This document shows positions 19,544 to 33,807 of a stretch of 64,000 nucleotides of DNA, piece by piece (the stretch's first letter is position 1; each line of letters opens with the position of its first letter). The notes under the pieces are model-generated. The model worked only from the letters and a program-made list of their open reading frames with translations, was not told the DNA's origin and ran no database searches. A program made the translations under genes and the position numbers. Origin of the DNA: an uncultured bacterium (GTDB taxonomy: Bacteria > Chloroflexota > UBA5177 > JANWHV01); assembly GCA_963827235.1 (NCBI GenBank), contig CAWHAE010000016.1:512001-576000 (forward strand), in the 5' to 3' direction.

Positions 19544-20725
19544 ATGCGAATCTGCTGTCCGGGCTTGCGCAGGCTCGCTCGGATATGGCCGGGCCTCTTC
19601 TGTGCAGGCGCGATACTATGCGTCGCGCCGAGCGCCTTCGCCATGCCGGCGAGTTCTGCAGCATTGCGCCGCATCTGGCAGCCCGTTGCACTGCTTCCTG
19701 TGCCGGCAGACAGCCTGACGGCGGTCCGCCTGCCCGACGACTCGGTGATTGCCCTGGGCGGCGATGCCGCTTTGCAGTCTCACACCCGGATGGCCGCGGA
19801 GCTTGCGCCGGACGCAACATCATGGACCAGGCTGCCGGATGCACCCGTCGAGCTGGACACGCCGGCAGCATTGGCGCTCGGCTCGACCAGCGTGCTCGTC
19901 GTAGCTCCCGCGTACGCCAACGGCTCTTTGGCCCAGCCCAGCAAGGCCCTCATACTCGAGCCACAGCTCCGGCGCTGGCTCGCTCTTCCCAGTGTTCCCC
20001 TACCGCTTCTCGCGCCGCGCCTCCTGCGGCTGGATCAGAGGCACGTCCTGGCGGTGGGCGCGGTCGGCGGTCCGATCGGTGCCTCGCTGGACTTGCGCAC
20101 CACCAGGTGGACGGTGGTACGAGCGCCCGTACGCGAGCTTGCCGGCTACACTGCCGTCATGGTTCCTGGCAAAGGCGTCCTGCTGCTGGCTTCGATCGCG
20201 GTCACCGCGGCCGGCCTGCCGGTTCCAGTCCGCCGCGCTTTTCTGCTGAGTAATCGCTTCGACTGGCGCCAGGTTGCCCGGCCGCCCCTGTCCGAGGACG
20301 GCGCACAAGCCGAAGTGATCGATCCCGGCAGAGTGCTCTTTGCCGGCGGTCGCCCGACCGGGGATGAACCGGCACAGCCCGCGCCGCCTCCATTGCTCTA
20401 CAACAGCGAGACGAATACCTGGACCGTGGCCGGCAGTACCGGCCAGATCCACCGCGGTGGCCTTCTCGTCGCCCTGGGTAGCGGTCAGGCCTTGCTGATC
20501 GGCGGACACAACGAACGCGGCGAGCCGACCGCCGAGTGCCTCCTCTTTGACGGCACCGGGTGGCATCGCGCCGAATCGCTGCCGGGCTCCTGGGCCGGCT
20601 ACGCCGTGGTCGGTCTGCCGGACTCCCGGGTCCTGCTGATCGGAGGCGACCGGGTGAAATCGTCCACGATCGAGCCGGTCGCCGATGCCGTCGAGTGGTC
20701 GCTCGACCCGGGTTACCCGTCCTGA
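19544..20725 (+). CDS. secreted Kelch-repeat/beta-propeller protein
   Basis: Signal-like N-terminus ending AFA; repeated LPD..V(L)xxGG and Y/F-D...W blades. Confidence 0.7.
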   Translation: MRICCPGLRRLARIWPGLFCAGAILCVAPSAFAMPASSAALRRIWQPVALLPVPADSLTAVRLPDDSVIALGGDAALQSHTRMAAELAPDATSWTRLPDAPVELDTPAALALGSTSVLVVAPAYANGSLAQPSKALILEPQLRRWLALPSVPLPLLAPRLLRLDQRHVLAVGAVGGPIGASLDLRTTRWTVVRAPVRELAGYTAVMVPGKGVLLLASIAVTAAGLPVPVRRAFLLSNRFDWRQVARPPLSEDGAQAEVIDPGRVLFAGGRPTGDEPAQPAPPPLLYNSETNTWTVAGSTGQIHRGGLLVALGSGQALLIGGHNERGEPTAECLLFDGTGWHRAESLPGSWAGYAVVGLPDSRVLLIGGDRVKSSTIEPVADAVEWSLDPGYPS

Positions 20726-20928
20726 TCCGCGCCGGAGCTCGGCCTCGATAGGCTCGCCACATCGGGCGGCAAGTCGCGGAAATGCACCTGGCTTTCCAAT
20801 TCTCTGTTCAGTTTGATACCCTCCGCATGTTGTGTCTATGCTGCCCAGGCGGGCGAGCACCTCGCGGCTGTACCGATCACCTGCCGAGTTCACTGAGACG
20901 GCAGGCCAGCAATGGATGGAGATAGCGT

Positions 20929-21570
20929 GTGGCAGAATCCAGGCTGTTTCAGGACGAGGCGATTGAGCGGATGGTCCTCGATGCATTCGACGAGATGTGC
21001 AGCGACGCCGGCATAGAGGGCGCCTTCGCCGAGGAGGGTCCCATGACTCTCGCCCTGGTGCCCGATGCACTCCGGCTGGGCGCCGCCGTCGACCTCTGGA
21101 TGCGCATCGAAAGCCGCGAAGAGACCGCCCGCCAGGCGTTCTCGGAGCAGACGAGCATACTCGGCAGTCATCTGATCGACGTGAAGAGCGATGTGGATGA
21201 GGACGAACTCGAAGAAGACGATGAGGACCTGGAGGACGAAGAATACGATGACGAAGGCGAGCCGGTGGCGCAAGTCGATGAAGCAGTGGCGGGCGGAGAG
21301 GTGACGCAAGACGCCGAGCAAGAAGCCTATGAGGAGACGGTAGAGCCTCTGCTCGACGAGCTCGAGCTGCGTGGCCGCCTGCTCGTCGACGTCGTCAACG
21401 CCGTGAGCCAGCAGCTGTCCGACCGTCGTGGCGCTCTCGAGCTCGGCGAGGAGCTGCCCAGCCTCGCTTCCGTCCGCCAAGCACTCCTGGAAGCCCTGAA
21501 CATCACATTCGAAGACGAGCGTCTCGAAGATCTCTGGTCACATGGCGTGTTGATCGGTACCGAGGAGTAG
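20929..21570 (+). CDS. hypothetical, highly acidic protein
   Basis: GGAG RBS, coding-like codon use, DEDELEEDDEDLEDEEYDDE tract. Confidence 0.75.
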   Translation: MAESRLFQDEAIERMVLDAFDEMCSDAGIEGAFAEEGPMTLALVPDALRLGAAVDLWMRIESREETARQAFSEQTSILGSHLIDVKSDVDEDELEEDDEDLEDEEYDDEGEPVAQVDEAVAGGEVTQDAEQEAYEETVEPLLDELELRGRLLVDVVNAVSQQLSDRRGALELGEELPSLASVRQALLEALNITFEDERLEDLWSHGVLIGTEE

Positions 21571-21793
21571 CAGGCGCTGGTATGCGGTCGGTCGCTCGGC
21601 ACCACGCATGGCCGTCTGACCACACGCTCGGTTAGCGGTTAGCTGTCGCAAGCCAGATGGGCGCCGCTTGTCCGAGCGCGGCGCTTTCGAGCATGGACTG
21701 CGTCTCGCGGCATCGCCCCGGCGCTGCCGACAGGCGACGCGCCCCTCCGACATCCATGCCGTTAGGTCCGATGGTCCGCGATGCACCGGTGAC

Positions 21794-23251
21794 CTAATAC
21801 GCCTTTGCGAAGATGATGCGCCGTCCGACGCCTGGAGCACCGCAACGCACGCATGTGCCCTGCTCCACCGGACCGTCGAACGGGATGCAGCGAGCCGTGG
21901 CCTTTGTATCCTCCTTGATCGCAGCCTCGCACGCTGGGTCCCCGCAGTGGTGGGCATTGATGAAGACGTTGCGCTCGGTCAGCTCTCGCACGAACACCTC
22001 GTAGTCGTCCACGTCCTCGGTCAAGGAATGCCGGAGCTGCAGTGCTCGGTCGAACATGCTGGCCTGGATCTCGGCAAGCAGCGTCGGGACGCGGTCCGGC
22101 AGATCGGCGATTGGCGCGGATTCTTTGCTGCGCAGGTCACGGCGTGCCAGCACGACCTGGCCGGACGCGATGTCGCGTGGGCCTACCTCCATGCGAAGCG
22201 GTACGCCTTTGAGCTCCCACTCATTGTACTTGAAGCCCGGTGTCAGCTCCTCACGCCGGTCCACCTTGAGCCGGACCTTTCCTTCGAGGGCGCGTTGGAT
22301 GTCATCTACCGCGGCCAGCACGGCCTCGCGCTCGGCCGGCTTGCGCGCGATGGGAACGATCACTAGCTGTACGGGCGCTACGCGCGGCGGCAGGACCAGC
22401 CCGGCCTCGTCACCGTGCGTCATGATGATGGCGCCGATGATACGCGTTGAGAGGCCCCAGCTCGTCTGGAAGGGGTGCATCCGCACACCTTGATCCTTCG
22501 TCTGGTATTCGATCTCATACGCCCGCGTGAAGTTCTGGCCCAGGTTGTGCGACGTCCCCGCCTGTAGGGCCCGCCCATCGGACATCATGGCCTCGATGGA
22601 GATCGTATAGTCCGCGCCGGCAAACTTCTCGCTCGCCGTCTTCCGGCCCGGAATCACCGGAATGGCCAGCCAGTCCTCTGCCAGCGTGCCGTATACGTTG
22701 AGCATCTTCTCGGTCTCTTCCGCGGCCTCTTCCGGCGTGGCGTGGAACGTGTGGCCCTCCTGCCACAGGAACTCGGTCGTGCGCAGAAAGAAGCGTGTCC
22801 TCATTTCCCAGCGCATGACGTTCGCCCACTGATTGATCAGCACGGGCAGATCTCGCCACGACTGGATGTAGCGCTTGTACGTCGAGCAGATGATCGTCTC
22901 CGAAGTGGGCCGGATCGCCAGGCGCTCCTCGAGCTCCGCGCCACCCGCGTGCGTCACCCAGGCGACCTCGGGCGCGAAGCCCTCGACGTGCTCTGCCTCC
23001 TTGGTGAGGAAACTCTCCGGTATTAGCAGCGGGAAGTACATGTTCTCGTGCCCGGTCGCTTTGATCATGTCGTCGAGGGCTCGCTGCACGTTTTCCCACA
23101 GGGCATAGCCGTATGGCCGGATGATCATGCATCCGCGCACGGCTGAGTAGTCTGCCAGCTCGGAGCGGCGCACGACGTCCGTATACCATTCGTTGAAGTT
23201 CTCGCTCTTCCGCGCAATCTGGTCCGGAAGCTTTGTGATCTCGTCATTCAT
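21794..23251 (-). CDS. proS: proline--tRNA ligase, archaeal/eukaryal type
   Basis: IRPTSET, RWEMRTRFFLRTTEFLWQEGHT, QAGTSHNLGQNF, C-terminal FAKAY. Confidence 0.97.
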   Translation of the reverse strand: MNDEITKLPDQIARKSENFNEWYTDVVRRSELADYSAVRGCMIIRPYGYALWENVQRALDDMIKATGHENMYFPLLIPESFLTKEAEHVEGFAPEVAWVTHAGGAELEERLAIRPTSETIICSTYKRYIQSWRDLPVLINQWANVMRWEMRTRFFLRTTEFLWQEGHTFHATPEEAAEETEKMLNVYGTLAEDWLAIPVIPGRKTASEKFAGADYTISIEAMMSDGRALQAGTSHNLGQNFTRAYEIEYQTKDQGVRMHPFQTSWGLSTRIIGAIIMTHGDEAGLVLPPRVAPVQLVIVPIARKPAEREAVLAAVDDIQRALEGKVRLKVDRREELTPGFKYNEWELKGVPLRMEVGPRDIASGQVVLARRDLRSKESAPIADLPDRVPTLLAEIQASMFDRALQLRHSLTEDVDDYEVFVRELTERNVFINAHHCGDPACEAAIKEDTKATARCIPFDGPVEQGTCVRCGAPGVGRRIIFAKAY

Positions 23252-23484
23252 CGTGGCAGAATCTCCCACACGATTGATGGGGTACTCAAGAAGGAAGCTA
23301 GGGTAGTGTAGCACAGAGCCTCCAGGATTTTCCCTCGGCTCGAGCCAGAGTCGCGCCGTGGAGCCGCACCCTCCGAAGCCCTGACTCGGACAGGCGAGCG
23401 TGGCCAAAGGCGCGCCGGCGCTGCTGTGCAGTGCCGCGGTGTTACCATGAGGTGACGTAGTACCAGTGTAGTCGTGGGGATAAC

Positions 23485-24402
23485 GTGTACTCCAGCTTCT
23501 GGCCTTCCGGATTTCGCTCGGGCAGGATAAGCGTCACATCGATTCTGGACGACGCCTTCAACATTCTGAGGCGTAGTTTCGCGCTGGTGGTCGCGGCGAG
23601 CGCACTGCTGATCGTACCGGTGACTCTTTTGTCCACGTTCCTCACCGCCCGCGTGGCTCCGAACGTCAACGCACATGCGCAGCGGGTGGTCGACCTGTCC
23701 AATGACATGCAGGACGGCCACACGATCGCCGTTTCCACCTGGACCAACGCCGTGATTGCCGTAGTCAAGGACTACTTGAAGATTCTCGCGGTTGCCGGCG
23801 GCCTGGGTCTGGCCCAGGCGTGTCTGCTCGGCTGCGCATTAGGTGCCGCCGTCAGCCTGCTCTGCCTCGGTCGTGAGACCACGGTCGCCGCATGCTACAG
23901 ATTTGCCGCTCGCCGTTTCGTCAAGGCCGTGTCTGCAACGCTGGCGGCCGTGGCGTTCCTGGTACTGTGCGCGGGCGTACCGGCGCTGCTGGGCGTGCTG
24001 ACCGGATCGACGGGTCTCACAGCATTGCTCGTCCTCGGCTCATTGATCGTGGTGGCAGTTCTGGGCGTGCGAATGTCGCTGCTCGTGCAGGTCGTCACCG
24101 TAGAAGGTCGTGGTCTGAGCGCGCTGGCTCGCAGCTTTGCGCTGACCAAAGGCTACTTCTGGAAGGTGATCGGCCTCACGTTGCTCACAACCTTCATGGT
24201 ATTTCTCATGGTCAACCTCACCGACACCATCGTCATGCATGCCACGAACAATGCGCTCGTGGACACGCTGGTGAACGTGACTATCACCACGTTGACCTCG
24301 CCTCTCGTGCTCTGCGCGCAGATGCTGCTGTACATGCAGCTCCGCATCGCAAAGGAAGGCTTTGGTCCCGAGGCGCTGGCTGAAGAGATGCGGGCGGTCT
24401 AG
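23485..24402 (+). CDS. integral membrane protein (glycerophosphodiester phosphodiesterase membrane-domain-like)
   Basis: ILDDAF..L start, several TMs, [30 protein letters not shown]. Confidence 0.7.
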   Translation: MYSSFWPSGFRSGRISVTSILDDAFNILRRSFALVVAASALLIVPVTLLSTFLTARVAPNVNAHAQRVVDLSNDMQDGHTIAVSTWTNAVIAVVKDYLKILAVAGGLGLAQACLLGCALGAAVSLLCLGRETTVAACYRFAARRFVKAVSATLAAVAFLVLCAGVPALLGVLTGSTGLTALLVLGSLIVVAVLGVRMSLLVQVVTVEGRGLSALARSFALTKGYFWKVIGLTLLTTFMVFLMVNLTDTIVMHATNNALVDTLVNVTITTLTSPLVLCAQMLLYMQLRIAKEGFGPEALAEEMRAV

Positions 24403-25371
24403 ACGCGCCGCCCTCCCGGCAGCGCGGCTCCGATGAGTTCGGCCATGCCAGTCACCCCTCGCCTCGACATCCAGGACGCCAGACCATCCACGAGTCTCTC
24501 TGTGGCGACCGGGTCCGCGAACGAGGCCGTGCCGACCTGCACTGCAGAGGCACCTGCCATGAAGAACTCCACGGCGTCTTCCACCGCGATCACTCCACCG
24601 GCACCGACAATGGGGATGGATACGGTCTGCGCTACCTGGTAGACGATGCGCACGGCAATCGGCCGGATGGCCGGTCCAGAGAGCCCGCCCGTGACGTTGC
24701 CCAGGTACGGCCTGCGTTGATCCACGTCGATGCGCATGCCCAGGACCGTGTTGATCAACGTCAGCGCGTCGGCGCCCGCCTCTTCGACGGCCAGAGCAAT
24801 CGGCCTGATGTCCGTCACGTTGGGCGTGAGCTTGACAATCACCGGTAGCGAGCAGGCCGCGCGCACTTCGCGAGTCACCTCGGCGGCGAGCATCGGGGTC
24901 GGCTCCGAACAGCATGCCGCCGGCCGCGACGTTGGGACACGACACGTTCAGCTCCAGCGCGGCCACACCCGGCACGCCGTCGAGCGCCTCGGCCACCGCG
25001 ACGTAGTCGTCAACAGATTCGCCGGCAACGTTCACGACGACGGGCACCCGCCATTTGGCCCAAATTGGCGCCTTCTCGCGCACGATCACGGCCACGCCCG
25101 GGTTCTGCAATCCCACCGCATTCAACATGCCGGCAGGTGTCTCCGCAACGCGCGGCGGCGGCGCACCCCGCTGTGGACGAATGGTTGTCCCCTTGGTGAA
25201 TATCGCGCCGAGTCGCTGGATATCCACCAGGCGAGCGTACTCTATGCCATAGCCGAATGTGCCTGCAGCCGCGGCGATCGGGTTCTGCAGAAGCAGCCCG
25301 GATGGATGAGACGGCGCCAGCTCGGTCTGAAGGCTCCGCTGCGACTGCCTCTCGGCGGACGATATCGTCAC
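24399..25371 (-). CDS. pyrD: dihydroorotate dehydrogenase (class 1B catalytic subunit), +1 frameshift near 24896
   Basis: [28 protein letters not shown]; second frame [20 protein letters not shown]. Confidence 0.92.
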
Positions 25372-25414
25372 GATACGGCGATCCTCGCCCACGAGCGCGG
25401 CGATTGCGCCCTGC

Positions 25415-25714
25415 TCATCGACCATACAGCCGCTTGCGCCGCGCGCGCGCCCAGTACACAAGCGCCAGCACGACGACGAGCGGCAGGGCTAGAGCGAACA
25501 GGAAGCGAACGACCTCGCCGACCACCAGCACCGCCACGAGCGCGGCCAGACCGTAGGCCATGAGCCGGAGGCCCGGTTCGCCGACCAGATCGACGATACC
25601 CCGCGGTCGAGCGGGCTCGACCGCATATCCCCGAGCACCGGGCAGAATCGCCCCGCAGGCCGGACACCAAGCGTCCGCCTCGTTCGTCGGTGCGCCACAA
25701 TGCGGACAAAACAT
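25415..25714 (-). CDS. small zinc-ribbon membrane protein
   Basis: MFCPHCG...WCPACG followed by two TM helices and a basic tail. Confidence 0.75.
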   Translation of the reverse strand: MFCPHCGAPTNEADAWCPACGAILPGARGYAVEPARPRGIVDLVGEPGLRLMAYGLAALVAVLVVGEVVRFLFALALPLVVVLALVYWARARRKRLYGR

Positions 25715-25769
25715 CCGGCACCTCTTCTTCTGGCATCCCTGCAATTCTACTGCAAGACGCGCAGATCGG

Positions 25770-26878
25770 CTACGCTCGCTCGCGGGCTCTCAACACGCTG
25801 TATCCGGGAGACCATCCTTCGCGACCCTTGGTGCGAAGTGTGCCGATGGACTGCACCTCAAAGAAGTCGGCCATCGCTTCATATGTGTGCTGAGTGACCA
25901 GGATCTGTCCTGGGCCGGCGCTTTGTTCAAATCGAGCCGCCAGATTGACTGCGTCGCCCACTGCCGTGTAGTCCATGCGCTGTTCCGAACCGATGTGGCC
26001 CACCACCACGTCGCCGCTGTTTATGCCGATACCCATCTGGAGCGCGACGTCGGGAAAGCCGCTCGACGCGTACGCGGCCGACAAGAGCTTGCATGGCCAA
26101 GCCCGCCGACACGGCGCGCGCGGCGTGGTCGTCATAACTGATCGGGGCACCGAACAGGGCCATCACGCCATCGCCCAGAATCTGGTTCACCGTGCCGCCG
26201 TGCGCGTACACCGCCGAGATAATCTCGCCAAGGTAGGCGTTGAGCACTTTCATCGCTTCCTGAGGCGGCAAGCTCCTCCGCCAGGCTGGTATAGCCGCGA
26301 AGATCGCCAAAGAGTATGGAAACCGTGCGGCGCTCGCCTCCAGGGCGCAGGTAGCGGCTGGGATCGCGCAGAATCTGGTCTGCTACCCCAGGTGACACCG
26401 CGCGCTGCAGCGCGTCGAGGAGCAGGTCATTGCGTTGCTCGAGCTGGTCTCGCAACGACTTGATACTCAGCAGCGAACGGGCACGCGCGCGCACTTCTAC
26501 TTCGTTGAACGGCTTGGAGATGAAATCGTCCGCCCCCGCCTCGATCCCTTCCACGCGATCGGCGGTATCGGCAAGCGCGGTCACCAGGATGACAGGTAGT
26601 GTTTGCGTCTCCGGCTTCTTGCGCAGCGCGCGACAAACGTCATAGCCGGACATACCGGGCATCATGACGTCGAGAATGACCAGGTCAAAGGGAGCACGGT
26701 CCAGCATATCGAGGGCGTCGGTGCCTGCCGTGGCAATCGACGTGTTGTAACCTTCCGACCTGAGAACCATCTGCATCAGCCGGGCATTCCTCTGATCGTC
26801 GTCGACGATCAGAATGTGGGGCGTCGGCAAGCTCGCCTTCTGGTCCGCTCGCCGTCCGGTCAGTTCTTCCTCAGGCAT
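25770..26878 (-). CDS. receiver domain + class III adenylate/guanylate cyclase, two frameshifts (about 26269 and 26055)
   Basis: ILIVDDD, LDVMMPG, KPF; LFGDLRGYT, GDGVMALFGAP, MGIGINSG, DYTAVGDAVNLAAR. Confidence 0.88.
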
Positions 26879-27261
26879 CGTTCAATCACTCTGATTAACT
26901 CGGCATCGTCGATCGGCTTGCTCAGGTAGGCATCGCACCCGGCGGCAAGGATACGTTCGGCGTCTCCCAGCATGGCATAGGCCGTGGTCGCCACGAGCGG
27001 GATCGCGCGCGTCTGGGCATCGCTTTTCAGCATGGCCGCCAGCGTAAACCCATCGAGACCGGGCAACTGCATATCGAGCAGGATCAGTGCCGGCAATCGT
27101 TCCCGCAGCTTGGCCAGCGCCTCGTGTCCCGTGCCGGCTTCCTCAACAGCATAGCCCTGCGTACGCAGGATCAGCCGCACGAGTCGCATATTGACCGGAT
27201 TGTCCTCGACCACCAGGATGCTTGCCAGTGTCGATTGAGGCATCGCTCTTATGCCGTTCAC
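26860..27261 (-). CDS. single-domain response regulator (DivK-like)
   Basis: ILVVEDNPVN, LLDMQLPGLDG, TAYAM.GD, AGCDAYLSKPI. Confidence 0.92.
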   Translation of the reverse strand: MNGIRAMPQSTLASILVVEDNPVNMRLVRLILRTQGYAVEEAGTGHEALAKLRERLPALILLDMQLPGLDGFTLAAMLKSDAQTRAIPLVATTAYAMLGDAERILAAGCDAYLSKPIDDAELIRVIERCLRKN

Positions 27262-27602
27262 TTAGCGGGCCGTCCGTCGCACGCGGACATCATCCACCGA
27301 ACAGTGTACGCGACGCGGCTCAATCGGCGGCACCCACCCCCACTCCACGTACGGCCCTGCAGCCGTCGAACCAGCGCTCCGATCGGGCGCGCCCAGAGCT
27401 TCAGCCGCGTCGGCCACCTGCTGCCGAACCGGACCTGACGTCCACCGGTGCGCCGCCAGAGCACCGCTGGATCGCTTCATATACGCTTTTCGGGCGCCGA
27501 TTGGTCCGGCCGATATCGGCACCAGAGCCACCAGCGCCCCGTATACGCGGACACAGCTCACCGGCCGGCTCCCTAGGGTGGCCGCCGGCCGGCTAAACGC
27601 CG

Positions 27603-28581
27603 TCAGCGCACCGGGCGCAGATACGGGGAGTCCTGACCGACGTGATAGGAAACGGCCTGCCGGGGCGCGGTTTCCGGTTCCAGACCGCGACCCTGTACCA
27701 CGAGCAAGGGCACCTCCACGTGACGCAGGAGGTCCAGGGCAACGCTGCCGTACAGCACCTTGTCGAGACCCTGGCGACCATGGGTAGCCACCACGATCAG
27801 ATCGGCATTGTCCTCAGCCGCCGTGTCCAGTATCTCGGCGCATGGGCTACCGACAGGAACCGCACCGTGCCACACGCGACCGGCGAGACGCTCGTTCGCC
27901 ACCTTGTCGAGGTATCACCTGGGCTTCGCGCACGTAGCGGTCGGTCTCGTGTCCGGAGTCATCGTGCACCTGGGACACCACTTCTCGGCCGATTCCCGGC
28001 ATGGCCAGCGGAACGTGCCGCGGCACCACGCGGACCAGCTCTATGTCGGCCTTGCGTGCCACTGCCTCCCGCTCGAGCACGTCGAGCGACATCTCGGACA
28101 GGCGTGAACCGTCGAGAGCAACGAGAACGCGCTCGAAGCCGCCGTCTACTTCCTGAGCAGGCTGCCTGCCGGCTCGCGTCAAGACGACGGGCGTATCGCA
28201 CTTCCGTAGCACGGCTTCAGCGACCGAGCCGAGCAGAGCGTGGCTGAGTCCGGTGCGCCCGTGTGTGCTCATGCTGATCAAGCCCGCGCCTCGAGACTCG
28301 GCGGCAAAGAGAATGCCCCGCACAGGGTCGCACGGCAGCACGTCGCTGATCACGTCGAAACCACGGCCCCGCAGATCGAGCTCCAGGGCCGCGAGGTAGT
28401 CCTTTGCCTCGTGCAGGCTGCGCTTCTCCTCCGCATAGGTGCTTCTGTCTCCGGCAAAGAACATCGTGGTACGAATCAAATAGATCGTCGCGCCGGAATC
28501 GCGCGCCAGCTTGCACGCCGACCGTAGGCCTGATTCGGCTAAGGGTGACCCGTCAAGAGGCACCAAGATTGCATTGGTCAT
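27603..28581 (-). CDS. tandem universal stress protein, +1 frameshift near 27916
   Basis: ILVPLDGS, MSTHGRTG..LGSVAE; second domain VLVALDGS, ATHGRQG..YGSVA. Confidence 0.88.
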
Positions 28582-28775
28582 GGCTGCCTTCCCCCAAGTG
28601 TATGCTGGATGCGCGTCAGTATTCTCACCCGACTTCACCATACTGCTGCAATACCGCTCTCGAACATGGTCTGATGACCTCATGAGGGCGGGCCTATCGG
28701 CACGCAGCAGACAGCCAACGTAGGGAGCCAGCCATCCGTGCCGCCGATCCGTAGGGCATGTGCCGGACTCCATGA

Positions 28776-32086
<3,311 letters not shown>

Positions 32087-32351
32087 TCCTGCGCCTCGCT
32101 CGCCTTCCTCATAATGAGACCACTATAGGCTCTCGCGACATTGTGAAGCAAGCAATCCACGTTACACTCTGCCGCGGGTCGCTGCTCCGCAGCGTCAGAA
32201 GGTGCGAGTCGTACGGTCTGACGTTGTGCCCCTCCTAGCCGGCGAGATGGTTGGACTCGTGATATCGTGCGAGGTAACCTCAGCCTTGGGGCAACCCGCC
32301 GGTCAAGTCGGTACGTCGGCTCCAAATATCGCATCAGTATAGGAGCGACTC

Positions 32352-33749
32352 GTGCGGCAACATGGCACCATCGGCTATGCTGCCCGCGCCATGCGCGGAT
32401 ATTTCGCGACGAACTTGCCGGTCGGCCCGACGGTCCAGCATGACTTCCGCCTCGATCTGACGAGCGGTCTGCTGTACGGGGTGTTCAATGGCAGCGCGGT
32501 CGGTTATATCTATGTCGTCGCGCGGACCATTGGGGTAAGCCAGACCGGGATCAGCCTGCTGATGGCCATGGCGGCGGTGGGCGCCATACTGTCGCTGCCA
32601 GTGTCCATGATTCCCCGGGGCGGAAACGGCGGTCGGACACTCATGTTCGGCGCCTGGACCGCGGGACGCGCGTCGGTTCTCCTGCTGCTTCTCTTCAGCT
32701 CACCCGGTCCATACATGATTATCGCTTCGCTGTTCCTGATCAGCAGCAGCATCGCGACGCCCTTCTACGCCGAGGTGCTGCAGGCCATCTATCCGCGCGA
32801 GTTTCGAGGCAGGCTGATGAGCTTGGTGCGCATCGGCGGCGGCTCGGTGACCACGCTTGCCTCCCTGGGAACTGCCTGGCTGCTGGGTGTTCGGCATGCC
32901 CCCTTCCAGACCGTGTTTGCAGGCGCCGCGGTAATGGCGCTCCTTTCCGTGTACGCCTTTGCCAGGGTGACGCCGGTCCGTCCGCCACCGCGTCCCAGGC
33001 CGCCGCTGCGCGATACGTTCGGCATTCTGCGACGAAACTCAGGATTTGCCGGCTACCAGCTCTGGGTGTTCTTCATGGGCTCGGGCAATATTATGAGTGC
33101 CACGCTCTACCCGCTGGTGATAGTCGACAAGATGCACGCCGGATATGGGCCCTTCGGCGTGCTCTCGGTGATTACGGCTCTTGGCTACCTGATGTCGTTC
33201 TTTGTCTGGGGTCGTGTGGTAGATCGCAAGGGGCCCCTGTTTACGATGCTCGTTGTCGGCATCTGCATCATCACCATGCCCGTAGGCCTGCTTGTGGCTC
33301 CAAGCGCCTACTGGTTGCTACCGTTCATGTTTGTAAACGGGATTGCCAATGCCGGCTTCGAGATTGGACCTTTCGCGGCAGTCATTCATTTCAGCGCGAG
33401 CGCGCCGCGTGACGTGCCGCGCTACATGGCACTGCACTCTATCCTGTCCGGCACTCGCGGCCTGATCTTCCCGTTTGTCGCCACGCTCGTGCTCGCGAGC
33501 CATCAATACTCGAGAACCCTGACCGTCGCCGTGGCAATCTCCGCGATCGGCACTTTCATGCTCTGGCGGCTCGCTCGACAAGAGGCGCGTGGTGGACCCA
33601 CTCAGATTGACCAGGCTTCAGCGGAGGTGCCGGCGGCGTACGCGACAACTTCCGCCGAGGCCGGAACGGCGGGCACCGCGTCGCCGGTCCAGCCGGCCTG
33701 CGCCAACGGTACCTCTGGTTCTACCGCTGTAAGCCGGAACGGAGTATGA
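32352..33749 (+). CDS. MFS transporter
   Basis: About 12 TM helices, YPREFRGRLMS and WGRVVDRKG loops. Confidence 0.85.
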   Translation: MRQHGTIGYAARAMRGYFATNLPVGPTVQHDFRLDLTSGLLYGVFNGSAVGYIYVVARTIGVSQTGISLLMAMAAVGAILSLPVSMIPRGGNGGRTLMFGAWTAGRASVLLLLLFSSPGPYMIIASLFLISSSIATPFYAEVLQAIYPREFRGRLMSLVRIGGGSVTTLASLGTAWLLGVRHAPFQTVFAGAAVMALLSVYAFARVTPVRPPPRPRPPLRDTFGILRRNSGFAGYQLWVFFMGSGNIMSATLYPLVIVDKMHAGYGPFGVLSVITALGYLMSFFVWGRVVDRKGPLFTMLVVGICIITMPVGLLVAPSAYWLLPFMFVNGIANAGFEIGPFAAVIHFSASAPRDVPRYMALHSILSGTRGLIFPFVATLVLASHQYSRTLTVAVAISAIGTFMLWRLARQEARGGPTQIDQASAEVPAAYATTSAEAGTAGTASPVQPACANGTSGSTAVSRNGV

Positions 33750-33807
33750 TTGCATCGGTAGAATCCGCTAGCTATCATGCTCGCGGCTACCGTCGGGCTG
33801 TCGAGCA

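Noticed and set aside
27262-27561. Small minus-strand ORF between the USP and receiver genes
   Set aside because: Weak RBS and no recognisable features; cannot be supported
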